Shown: positions 9,521-18,526 of the stretch, piece after piece
How positions within the stretch are numbered: the stretch's first letter is position 1
Layout of the letters: each line of letters starts with the position of its first letter
Origin: an uncultured candidate division Zixibacteria bacterium
GTDB taxonomy: Bacteria > Zixibacteria > MSB-5A5 > GN15 > FEB-12
Direction: 5' to 3'
Assembly: GCA_963735035.1 (NCBI GenBank)
Contig: CAVTJJ010000003.1
Span: 256,001 to 320,000 of the forward strand
DNA length: 64,000 bases
Translations under genes and position numbers: made by a program
The notes under the pieces: model-generated
Databases searched by the model: none
Seen by the model: only the letters and a program-made list of their open reading frames with translations
What the model was told of the DNA's origin: nothing

Positions 9521-10975
9521 TCACGGACAGTCGGGAAGGCCTCGCGCAGGTCCTGTGATAAACAAATAATCGATCAGCGCCGAAATGTCGCCGATCGTTA
9601 TGGCGTCACAAGTAGGAATGACGCCACCGGACAAGTTTATATCTCCCTCGCCCAAACACACTATATTGGTGCCGATACCGGAGGAGATACAGGTACCGGT
9701 GATGAACTTGGCGTCGATCATCACGCTGACGTCACCTATAGTTGGTTCATCGCCACCTGTGCCGTTGGCATCGCCAACCCGGCCCATACAGCAGTTGATC
9801 TTGACGGAGACCGGAGCGGACCAGGCTGTTTCTGCTCCAAACGCATCTTTGACCTTGACCTTGACCTCGTAATTGCCAAAATCAGTCCACGAGTGCGAGG
9901 CGAGTGCCGAAGCTCCGGAATTGTATGGGCCGAGCCAGCCGGTGTTCTGACCATCACCCCAGTCCCACCAATAGTATATCATGTTGGCTTCGGGATCGGT
10001 GGCCTCTGAAGCGAATTGCATGTTCTGAAGTGGCAGCCTTTGTCCGCCGCCCATCACTATCGAAGGAGTTGGCGGAGCGGTATTGGCCGGCACGCCGTTG
10101 CCCACTGCAACATGGACTCTGACTTGATTGTTGCCCAGCCAGTCAAGGGTGGTAAGCATGTCGAGCGCCGGCACAACTCGTTGGCCAGACGCTATGATTT
10201 CCGGTTCATAATACGGAACCAGCACATCCTCCGGGTACTCCGCGGGAGCGCCACCCATTTTGGCCCTATAGCCGGCATCTATGTACACGCAGGGGAAAAC
10301 CGTCATGTAAGCCGATTGAATGCGGGCATGGGCCATCGGGTTAACGTCATCGACCATGGCCACGTAGAACATCGGATACTCACCTGACTGATCTATCACG
10401 TGGAGCGCGGACCGCGCTCTTGTGCAGTATGGTCACCAGGTGGCCGTTGCTTCCTCGATAAAAATCGGGTGCGTATATGGCGAAGTCGCCTGGCTGTGCC
10501 CCACTACACCGGGCGTAGCGGCCGCTGCGACATCGGCGTAGCGAGCCTGAAAATACCGTCCGTTGGGCGGATCGGCGTCAGTCAGTACCGTCTGCGACCT
10601 GAACGCCACACCAATCGCCTTAAGGTTGTCCGGGAAGATCTCACCTATGGCCGTCGTGGAGGCGTCCCACGTGCCGGTCAGGTAGACCTTTTCGCCATCG
10701 AGCAGGTTGAAGTTTGAGACCAGAGGAAAGTCAAGAAAACCGTTCTGATAGAAGTCGTCGTTTAGATCGGTCCACCGGGCCATCGGCTCTACGAGGAACA
10801 CTCGTATGGTCCCGGAATAGCTTGCCTCACCATTATCCGGGGCGAGCAAAGGAGGGTTGTCTGGAGGCGTTCCGGGGTTATCGGAACCGCTTTCACAAAC
10901 TTTCCACTCTCCCGCTGTCGCCACAGATACAAAAATGAGGATCAAGCCTACGATTAGTAGGGGGTAACGTTGCAT
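9521..10975 (-). CDS. Probable selenoprotein (484 aa, U181): signal peptide, Omp28/thioredoxin-like domain with UxxC, PKD domain, dockerin-like tail
   Basis: ORFs 10433..11071 and 9521..10399 are in the same frame. The junction reads IEEATATW-TGA-PYCTRARSALHVIDQSG. ATG at 10975 (MQRYPLLIVG). PKD motif YWWDWGDG...SHSW..GNYEVKVKVKD. Hairpin follows the TGA. Confidence 0.88.
10403..10419 (-). promoter_or_regulatory. SECIS-like hairpin 13 nt after the in-frame UGA at 10433-10435
   Basis: mRNA GAGCGC-GGUCC-GCGCUC, a perfect stem with a GGUC-containing loop. Confidence 0.7.
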
Positions 10976-11135
10976 CGGATCCTTTCGCGTACTCTTTGCG
11001 GAGTTTACCTGTCCTCTTGAATCACATGTCGATAATATACCAAAATAGTCGCAAAATGCAACATCCGACATTGGTCATCAGCCATCGGGTTATTGAGGAT
11101 AACCAACCGAAGGAATAGATATCCGCAACCGCGCT

Positions 11136-12380
11136 TCAGAATCGAACCGTTACCCCGGCGTTCACTGAGAAGTCATCGTATTTGTAAACTAGGACGGTCG
11201 AGTTGTTGTCAGTGTAGTCGGCCTGGATACTTGGCTCCAAAGTTACCCCGTTACCCATTTGAAGGGGGCACTGAACTTTGATATCGAACCGCCGACGCCA
11301 ATCGGTGCGGTCCTGAGCGTACAGCAGGCTCACGGTCGATCTCAGCTCCTGAAGAAATCCGAATGGCTTTAGCTCTCGTTCTACGGTGCGCAGGTGTTCC
11401 CGCTCCCAGAACCCGGCCGAGAAGGTGGTAATCAGTCGGGGAATCAAATATGTCTTCAACTTCAGGACGACGGCCTGTCCGGCGAAATCGCCCAACCAGG
11501 GCGATAGATAGCCGGTCGAGTATCCGTAGATAACCGCATTCTTGTCATGATCGAGAAACTGCCGGTTCGAATAAGTCAACGCCAGACCGGTCTTCCTCCC
11601 GAGAGATCGGGAGATGCGCGGCGAAATGTAGAATGATCTAAGTCGGTCAGTAAGAAGGATCGAATACTGTTCGCCGGGAAGGATTTCGGCACGGGTCACC
11701 ATCGTGTCTGGAACACCGAACTCCGGGACGCCCTTGATTAATTTCAAGGGATTTACGTACTGGTACCTTCCGGTCGAGTATCCCAACTCCAGATCTATAG
11801 CGTACGAGCCAAACAGGGTCGTATTGGCTCCAGCCGTGACATCCATTTTCTTTCGGTCAATTACACCATCGATCTTGTACTGCGTGGATGATAGTGAAAG
11901 TCCCGCCCGCAATTGCGTTCGGGAACTCAGGCGGTAGCCCACGCCGAAGGTACCGTCATATACGTCGCCGGTGATTTCATTGGGGTTTAGAGAGTTCGAA
12001 CTCGCGGTGGTATGGTGATACCGACGCTTCTTGAAATTGCCTTCGAGGTAGGTCGAGATACGCGACGAATCGCGGAACGGTATGATCGTCAAGCCGCCGC
12101 CGTAGACCAGGTTGCTTAGATTGATGAACTTGCTGTAGTACTTATGCTCTACTACCAGATTCAGACGGGCAAACCTGAGCGGGTACCAGTTCGCATCAAC
12201 AGTGGAAGTGCTGTATCCGTCCTCCTTCGAGGTCGAGTCCGAAAAGAGATTGCTCGTTGAACTTGCGGACGTCGAGACTTTGACATCAAAGTTAGCGGCA
12301 TTCACCAATGGTGTGACAAAGGCGATTGTCAGGATTAAGAACAATCCGAGGAGCGCGCGGAGAGCTTTCATTAGAAACAC
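11136..12380 (-). CDS. Putative outer-membrane beta-barrel protein
   Basis: Signal peptide (start possibly 12371), alternating beta-strand pattern, C-terminal GVTVRF Bam-type signature. Confidence 0.75.
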   Translation of the reverse strand: MFLMKALRALLGLFLILTIAFVTPLVNAANFDVKVSTSASSTSNLFSDSTSKEDGYSTSTVDANWYPLRFARLNLVVEHKYYSKFINLSNLVYGGGLTIIPFRDSSRISTYLEGNFKKRRYHHTTASSNSLNPNEITGDVYDGTFGVGYRLSSRTQLRAGLSLSSTQYKIDGVIDRKKMDVTAGANTTLFGSYAIDLELGYSTGRYQYVNPLKLIKGVPEFGVPDTMVTRAEILPGEQYSILLTDRLRSFYISPRISRSLGRKTGLALTYSNRQFLDHDKNAVIYGYSTGYLSPWLGDFAGQAVVLKLKTYLIPRLITTFSAGFWEREHLRTVERELKPFGFLQELRSTVSLLYAQDRTDWRRRFDIKVQCPLQMGNGVTLEPSIQADYTDNNSTVLVYKYDDFSVNAGVTVRF

Positions 12381-12790
12381 ACTCCTCCGGCGCAGCCACC
12401 ACCAGCGCCGAGTCCCCCGCCTAAACCCAGGCCTGAGCCGAAACCGGTATCGAAGTCGAGACGATCTTCACTGACAGCCCGGGCGGCAAATTTGCGACGA
12501 CCGAAGGCGTCCTTGCAGTGGAGATGGGCCTGCATACCGACCCCGGTATTGGTGTTTGTGAACATCTGCGACACCTGAAGCTGGCCGACTGAGGCCGATA
12601 CAAAGCCGTGGCGCTCAACTTCATCGGGGATGCCGTCGGTATCGTCATCGGGGGCGTTGTCGTCGAACCCATCACCGTCACAGTCAGTGAAAACAGTCGG
12701 TCCGGAAGGAAGAACTGAGGGGGCGGAGGCAAAGACCAAAATGGCTGCCAGCCAGAATGACGCCAGAATGGCGGAAAGCTTGTAGGGCAT
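12371..12790 (-). CDS. Small secreted protein with Asp-rich DxDGDG Ca-binding loops and Gly-rich/Cys C-terminus
   Basis: Signal peptide, DCDGDGFDD..DDDTDGIPD, ends GGCAGGVCF. Stop overlaps the start of the barrel gene. Confidence 0.7.
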   Translation of the reverse strand: MPYKLSAILASFWLAAILVFASAPSVLPSGPTVFTDCDGDGFDDNAPDDDTDGIPDEVERHGFVSASVGQLQVSQMFTNTNTGVGMQAHLHCKDAFGRRKFAARAVSEDRLDFDTGFGSGLGLGGGLGAGGGCAGGVCF

Positions 12791-12887
12791 CGGCGATTTC
12801 TTTCTAAACCAGATCGTTATCGTCTCAGGGCCACAAGCGTCTAATCTACGTCAATTCTGTGCGTTCTGTCAATATGCGAACTGGTCG

Positions 12888-14441
12888 CTACAAACATGCC
12901 GGCAGGCCCATAGATGAGCCGGTTATAAACAGATAATCGATCAGGATTGAGATGTCGCCGATCGTAATATTGTCACACGTGGGGTTTGATCCTCCCGACT
13001 GGTTTATGTCTGCCTCGAGTAGACACCCTATGATACCATCACAAGAACCAGTGATAAACTTGGCGTCGATCAGCACGCTGACATCGCCTATGGTTGGTTC
13101 ATCATCTCCGCTGTTGTTGGAGTCGCCAACCCTGCCGACACAGCATCCCACCTGGCATTGCCCGGCCTCACCGTAAACCCAGAATGCCGGATATTTGGTC
13201 ATGCCAAGAACGGCGGCATCATAACAGACCCCGGAAGGCTGAGTCCTGATCCAGTTCTCGCAGGCCCCGGCGGTGGGACTATTGAGTTCCCGTCCGGGCC
13301 CCGGAGCCCCGGAGTGATGGAATTCCAGCCCGATGAAAAACGGCTGGTCGACGCAGCATTGACCGTCCGAAAACTGAAATTGACTGGGAACGGAATCGTT
13401 CCCGGTCGCCGAGGTCGTAAACCGAAATAGCTCCACCCCGGGGCCATCACACGAATCCCCGGCCGGAATGATGTCGTAAACGACGATATCCACGTCCTGC
13501 GTCGCGGTATTTCCTCCAAACATGAACCGGAAACCACCAAGTTCGAAGGGATATGGAGAACTACCGCAATCTACTGCCGGATTGTAGAAGGTGTACAGCC
13601 CTTCACCTGCCACAAAACCGCTCAGAAAGACCCAGGAGTTGTCTCCGGTTGTGTTAGTCATGACACAACTGTAGACCGGAGTGCACGGATTGGGATCACA
13701 GTCGGTGTTGTCACCCATGTAGGTTCCTCCCTCCGCTGCACATTCGGCCTGGGTGCTGATCGAGCAAGTACCGAACGGATCGCAGCAGGCGCCCGGTACC
13801 CGACAAAGCCCCGTCTGACCGTCAATCCAGAATGCCGGATAATAGGCGAAGCCGAAATTGATGGCATCGATGAAACTTCCGCCGGTCAGGATGTAGTTCT
13901 CGCATCGGTTCGCCAGAGGCGGGCTGACCGTCTGACGGGCCGGACCCGGCAGGCCGCTGTGTTGAAACTCCAGCCCCATGAAAAAGGGACCGTCGACACA
14001 AAGCGCGCCCGGTAGGAAGTTATAGAGTTGGGGAGTGGAATTGTTTCCCCGCACCTGAATCGACGTGCGAAAAAGCTCCGCGCCCGGCCCCAGGCAGGAG
14101 TCCGAGGAAATGGCATCGTAAGCAACAATGTCGACAATCACCTGACTGGCCGCTCCGCCCATCATGAATTGGAACGAGAGGACCTCATACGGATAGGCGG
14201 CCGTCCCACAATCTTCACTCGGGTTGAAGAACGTATATATTCCCTCGCCGGACACGAACCCTGCCTGAAAGCTCCACGAGGTAGTCGAGGTCACATTGGT
14301 CATGCGGCAGGGCGCGTCAGTATTGAGAGATACGATCGGGGCGGAAGAGACAGAGCCGGTCACCAGCAGAACGATCGCAGCCGCGAAAACACGGCGCGGT
14401 ACCCTCGGACGGACATTCACATACAACGCTCTAAAGAACAC
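12888..14441 (-). CDS. Secreted Cys-rich protein with two tandem ~170-aa domains, a Cys-rich linker and a dockerin-like tail
   Basis: GTG start with GGAGG RBS. Duplicated GFVxGEGxYTFxNP...VDIVxYD...GPGxELFR...FFxGLEF...CEN...YPAFW. Linker GACC...C...CDPNPC. Confidence 0.85.
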   Translation of the reverse strand: MFFRALYVNVRPRVPRRVFAAAIVLLVTGSVSSAPIVSLNTDAPCRMTNVTSTTSWSFQAGFVSGEGIYTFFNPSEDCGTAAYPYEVLSFQFMMGGAASQVIVDIVAYDAISSDSCLGPGAELFRTSIQVRGNNSTPQLYNFLPGALCVDGPFFMGLEFQHSGLPGPARQTVSPPLANRCENYILTGGSFIDAINFGFAYYPAFWIDGQTGLCRVPGACCDPFGTCSISTQAECAAEGGTYMGDNTDCDPNPCTPVYSCVMTNTTGDNSWVFLSGFVAGEGLYTFYNPAVDCGSSPYPFELGGFRFMFGGNTATQDVDIVVYDIIPAGDSCDGPGVELFRFTTSATGNDSVPSQFQFSDGQCCVDQPFFIGLEFHHSGAPGPGRELNSPTAGACENWIRTQPSGVCYDAAVLGMTKYPAFWVYGEAGQCQVGCCVGRVGDSNNSGDDEPTIGDVSVLIDAKFITGSCDGIIGCLLEADINQSGGSNPTCDNITIGDISILIDYLFITGSSMGLPACL

Positions 14442-14640
14442 GACTCACCTCCCTGAGATTTGTACAGGCGCGATGGAACAGAGCCCCGAACGGGGCCCAC
14501 CCGCGCGGAAAGAGCGACCCTCATAGGTCGAGCGACTATCTTACTCTAATGGAATAATATACCAACGATGCCACGATTGTCAAGCTTAGAAAGGAGATAC
14601 CGCCTCTGAGAGCCAACGCGTTGTTACCGGCCACGAAGTA

Positions 14641-14699
14641 TCCCTCGAGGGCATGGCCCACAAGGGATTGATTTGGTGCGGAGGGGGGATCTGAGCCCC
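14641..14699 (-). repeat. Degenerate direct repeat of the tRNA-Leu 3' end plus downstream hairpin (att-like remnant)
   Basis: tccctcgagg..caagggattgatttggtgcggaggggggatctgagcccc aligns with tccctcgagg..caagggattgaaattggtgcggaaggggggatttgaacccc at 18605-18665. Confidence 0.8.
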
Positions 14700-14721
14700 G
14701 TAGCGACTTCGCAGAATTTCG

Positions 14722-14801
14722 TAGGGCGGAACCCCTTGGTGCCTGCTCGCTTTGGCGAGGTTCGGCCGTTCGTATCGGGACTATAAAGGTCCCGACCTAC
14801 A
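14722..14801. repeat. GTAG-type REP-like doublet
   Basis: GTAGGGCGAACC...GGTTCGGCC on the plus strand and GTAGGTCGGGAC-ctttata-GTCCCGA on the minus strand. Confidence 0.6.
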
Positions 14802-14810
14802 AGGCCGTTC

Positions 14811-15344
14811 TCACAAACAGTTCGGCAGACCAAGCGTCGGGCCGGTGACAAACAAATAGTCGATCAAGACTGAAATATCACCAATCGTGATATCTCCCGC
14901 AGTTGGATTCGCACCGCCCGACTGATTGATATCTGCCTCGGTCAGGCATGAGATCACTCCAGTATTACCCGAAATGAACAGCGCGTCGATCAAAACTGAT
15001 ATGTCGCCAATAGTTGGCTCATCACCGCCTGCGCCGTTGGCGTCGCCGACCCTGCCGACACAGCAGCCAAGCGAACCAAGAAGAGGCCAGTACCCCTGAC
15101 TGGATTGAAAGCTCGCAGACGTACCGAAGCCGGCCGCAGCCTGAGCAGCGCTCGCACTGACTTTGAAGCTGGTCGAAGTACCTACCGTTCCTCCGGATGA
15201 AATCACCTGTCGCGTAAACTTGTAATTATCAGCGAGGACAATTCCGGCAACGATGAATAAAACGAGCGCTGTGCGCCAACACAATCTGAATATCTGGTTA
15301 ATCATGCTGTCAACCTTCTTAATAGGTTCTTCTTGTACTAGCAT
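14811..15344 (-). CDS. Small secreted 'VISSGG...QGYW' protein with dockerin-like tail (paralog of 1240..1929)
   Basis: Signal peptide (start probably ~15305), RQVISSGGTVG...QGYW, and a 4-Cys dockerin variant. Confidence 0.85.
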   Translation of the reverse strand: MLVQEEPIKKVDSMINQIFRLCWRTALVLFIVAGIVLADNYKFTRQVISSGGTVGTSTSFKVSASAAQAAAGFGTSASFQSSQGYWPLLGSLGCCVGRVGDANGAGGDEPTIGDISVLIDALFISGNTGVISCLTEADINQSGGANPTAGDITIGDISVLIDYLFVTGPTLGLPNCL

Positions 15345-15425
15345 AACGTCTGGACTGGCTCTTCGGGGAAGCCTTCACGACCTCTCACCTCAGGCCACAA
15401 ATGGAGGGCTACCCTTCAACTACAA

Positions 15426-16580
15426 TCAATGTTCGTCGCTGCATTGCGATGAACTAAACTCTATATCCTTAAAGATCTCAAGTTTTCGGACATCAGTAAC
15501 TCGCTGGCATTCCCAGACAAAAGCAGGACTCCCGTCAAGAATCCCATACGTACCTGCGACGTAATCAAATTCAGCTTCGATCAAGCGGTCTTTCTCATCA
15601 ACTATCATCTTCTCTACATGGAGAATTTGAGTCTTGTCGAGACCAACGGCGCTTCCTAACCTCTTCCACGCTGCTTCAGGTTCGGCTATTCTGGCCTTGA
15701 GGTAGGGTTGGAAATACTCAGAGAACTCGTCTCTAATCACCATTTGAACGAGGTCCTCCTGGATTTCTTGATCGCCGTGCATTGACGTAAAGAAGACGCT
15801 GTCGCCAACTATCTTCTTATAGAAAATGTATCGCACCTCAAGCTTCGGTGCAAGCGCGTGATCAAGAGCGTCGAGACGGCTAAGGACCATAGCTTCGGCA
15901 CCGACTCCAAAGGGACATTGGCTCATTACAAAGAGCTCTATCGTGTTGTCTTTGACTTTCAGAAACGCCGACACCTCCAACTGACCTTCTACCTTCATTG
16001 CTCCCCCGGCGAGGATACGCTGCCCTTCGAGCTTGGTCAACTCGGTAATGTGATCCCCGGTCGCCTCGTACCTAGCTACCGAGTCGACGATGTATGGTTT
16101 CCCATTTTCCACCATGATCGTACCGCGAAGCGTTTGCACATCCCAGATAGGATTCTCCTGAGCGTACTTAATCTTTGCGTTAAGCGACTTGGTCACTTCG
16201 AGAGATAGCTTATCCTTTCCGTTGAGGTTATTGAAATCTACCGAGTTCAATAGTTCAGCGGATTTCTCAGCAGCCCAATAGCCGATGATTTCCATTAGCT
16301 TCGGGTTCTGTATAGCTATTGTGTAAGTTACATCATTCCCACTCTTGGCAATCCGAACAGCGAATGTAGCGTCACCACCATACTTGTTGATGCCCAATAG
16401 TATACTGCTATTAAGAATGGAAAACTCCTGTAGATTCAATCTTAGTTCGTGCCTTCGTGCCAAAGACTGTGAATCACTCGAATTCTCACTGCCTTGCAGT
16501 ACACAAGCAAAGGACAACCAGATAGCGAAGGCGATGATACTGACTATTCTCGTAGTACGTCTATTCGGTATCTTCATCAT
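15426..16580 (-). CDS. Exported protein with C-terminal thioredoxin/DsbA-like domain
   Basis: N-terminal hydrophobic segment. IELFVMSQCPFG, SMHGDQE and GILDGSPAF (cis-Pro-like) motifs. Visibly AT-richer than the housekeeping genes. Confidence 0.7.
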   Translation of the reverse strand: MMKIPNRRTTRIVSIIAFAIWLSFACVLQGSENSSDSQSLARRHELRLNLQEFSILNSSILLGINKYGGDATFAVRIAKSGNDVTYTIAIQNPKLMEIIGYWAAEKSAELLNSVDFNNLNGKDKLSLEVTKSLNAKIKYAQENPIWDVQTLRGTIMVENGKPYIVDSVARYEATGDHITELTKLEGQRILAGGAMKVEGQLEVSAFLKVKDNTIELFVMSQCPFGVGAEAMVLSRLDALDHALAPKLEVRYIFYKKIVGDSVFFTSMHGDQEIQEDLVQMVIRDEFSEYFQPYLKARIAEPEAAWKRLGSAVGLDKTQILHVEKMIVDEKDRLIEAEFDYVAGTYGILDGSPAFVWECQRVTDVRKLEIFKDIEFSSSQCSDEH

Positions 16581-18478
16581 GATGGCCTACAAATACAACA
16601 CTTTAACGTACTAACTGGATTACCGGGGTAGGGTGCGGTACACGATCCAGTGTCGGATGTGATTGTACAGGCTCCCGGCAATCCGGCAATCAGTGTACCT
16701 CCGGCACAAGAACATGCAGATCCATTATTAGATGAGAGACAGATTGCGACGGTAGTCACTGCAGGACCGGTCGGGCCCTGAGGACCGGTCGGGCCCTGAG
16801 GACCGGTCGGGCCCTGAGGACCGGTCGGGCCCTGAGGGCCGGTTGCACCCTGAAGATTGGCATAACTCCCCCAAGTTCCATCGGAGTTCTGAAACCTCAA
16901 ACTGGTTCCAGACCATTGGTGGCTTGGCGCGGGACCAATCAGTCCCGACGGGTTGCCAACCCAAGCGCCGCTGCTATTGATAACCTGCACGCCGGCGACG
17001 GCAATCGCGCCGTTGACGTCGAGCTTTGCTTGGGGAGTAGTAGTGCCTACTCCGATATTCCCGTTGTCATAGATAGTGCCGGAGACCAGCGCGAGGCCAT
17101 CCCATTTCGGCACGTAATTAGCGGTGTTTGAGCCAACTTGCGGATCGGTTTCGGCGCCGCTACCCGTCTCATCGTTTGCTGCTGCCCAAAAGTAGCCATT
17201 CCATTTGATCACTTGCCCACTTGCTGCCGTGTTCTGTGCAAAATCATTGAACAGAATCGTCCCGTTCAGGATTTGTGTGGTTGTCACGGCGTTGGTAGCG
17301 ATGTCGGCTGAACCTATTGTCCCATCAAGAATCTCGGAGGTAGTGACCGCCCCAGGGGCGATTGATAGAGAGGTAACTGCGTCCGCTGCAATCTGTAGGG
17401 AGCCAACGGCATCGGTGGCAATATGTTCACTGGTAACGCCACCAGAGGCAATTGAAAGTGTTGCCACGCCCGATGTGGCCCCGCCAGACAAGCCACTGCC
17501 CGCTACAACTTCGGTGATATCACCACTTCCACTCCCCCCCCCAGCTGCGGTGGTCTGCAGTGTACCATCCGGGAACCTGATGCCATCTACCCCCGGTGTA
17601 CCTCCAATATGCAAAGCCGCCTGAGGGTTGGCTGTGTTGATACCAAATCCGCCGGCCGCGCGCACTATGAACTGGTTGGGGCCTGTCGACCCGAAGACCG
17701 CATTTTGTCCATCTGCCCACACAAAGGAACCATCATGACTTGCGTTAGCCCTAAGACCTGCAGCAAAGGAGTAACTGCCATCGGCCGAGTTGTAACGACC
17801 TCCTGGTACGACTGAGTAATCGCCACCGGCACGATTATCTCGACCACCACTGACAACCGAGTAGTCACCTACCCCGGCTTTTGCTTCAGAACCGGCTTTT
17901 CCGTCAGCGGCAGCTTTTCCGTCAGAACCGGCAGTGTTGTCCAGACCACCACCAACGGTGGAGTAGGCTCCGCTGGCCATGTTCCCCTCCCCGGCCACGA
18001 ACGCCCCCACACCGGAATTGGTGTTGCTTGAGCCAATAGTGGCCTTTCCGCCAATTGACACATCGCCGTCGACGTTGCCTCCACCTGAACCATCCAAACT
18101 GGCAACTCGCGCTGAGTAGGGAACCGATGTCAACCTGGTCCTGGGCTCAATTGTTTCACCACTAATAACCATCTGGAGCCAGCACTCGCTCCCACCAAAA
18201 ACGGTTGGCGGGATCGGCACAGTACTACCCAGAATCACTGTAAATCCGCCATTGCTGACAGTCACTGTGGGGTGTGATTCGGTCCACAAGACGGTACCAC
18301 CAGTTGCCTGGCTGAAAATAGTGAATTGCATTGCCACTGCCCCTTCGACAGGAGTGCCGTCGCCGTTGGTTATGTGTCCCTGGTAACTCATCATCTGTGG
18401 CACTTCGGCCAAAACGGCTGACATCAGTCCGAGGCAGACGACTATTAGTATGGTGGAAAACCCTGCCAGATTCTTCAC
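16577..18478 (-). CDS. Secreted fibre/adhesin-like protein: MSYQG N-domain, beta-roll-like repeats, collagen GXY repeat, Cys-rich tip
   Basis: Signal peptide, VPQMMSYQGHIT, SGAYSTVGGGLDNTA / GDYSVVSGGRDNRA repeats, GFGINTANPQAALHI and GNIGVGTTTPQAKLDV motifs, (GPQGPT)4. Confidence 0.85.
   Translation of the reverse strand: MKNLAGFSTILIVVCLGLMSAVLAEVPQMMSYQGHITNGDGTPVEGAVAMQFTIFSQATGGTVLWTESHPTVTVSNGGFTVILGSTVPIPPTVFGGSECWLQMVISGETIEPRTRLTSVPYSARVASLDGSGGGNVDGDVSIGGKATIGSSNTNSGVGAFVAGEGNMASGAYSTVGGGLDNTAGSDGKAAADGKAGSEAKAGVGDYSVVSGGRDNRAGGDYSVVPGGRYNSADGSYSFAAGLRANASHDGSFVWADGQNAVFGSTGPNQFIVRAAGGFGINTANPQAALHIGGTPGVDGIRFPDGTLQTTAAGGGSGSGDITEVVAGSGLSGGATSGVATLSIASGGVTSEHIATDAVGSLQIAADAVTSLSIAPGAVTTSEILDGTIGSADIATNAVTTTQILNGTILFNDFAQNTAASGQVIKWNGYFWAAANDETGSGAETDPQVGSNTANYVPKWDGLALVSGTIYDNGNIGVGTTTPQAKLDVNGAIAVAGVQVINSSGAWVGNPSGLIGPAPSHQWSGTSLRFQNSDGTWGSYANLQGATGPQGPTGPQGPTGPQGPTGPQGPTGPAVTTVAICLSSNNGSACSCAGGTLIAGLPGACTITSDTGSCTAPYPGNPVSTLKCCICRPS
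16763..16852. repeat. 18-bp tandem repeat, 4 exact copies plus 1 degenerate, encoding collagen-like GPQGPT
   Basis: aggaccggtcgggccctg repeated exactly four times. Confidence 0.9.
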
Positions 18479-18526
18479 GGTCTCTTCTCCTTATATGTGG
18501 CGTAGTCGCGTGTGTACTCTGATGCT

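Noticed and set aside
14674..14760. Second intact tRNA-Leu
   Set aside because: Only ~26 nt of the 3' end is present, with T-loop mutations and no anticodon or D arm.
1240..15065. Dockerin repeats as template/variable repeats of a diversity-generating retroelement
   Set aside because: No reverse transcriptase in the window, all copies are coding, and differences are mostly synonymous and not adenine-specific.
16763..16852. Possible CRISPR array
   Set aside because: Contiguous repeats without spacers, in frame in a collagen-like CDS, and no cas genes.
16577..18478. Prophage tail-fibre gene
   Set aside because: It has a signal peptide, and no capsid, terminase or integrase genes are nearby.
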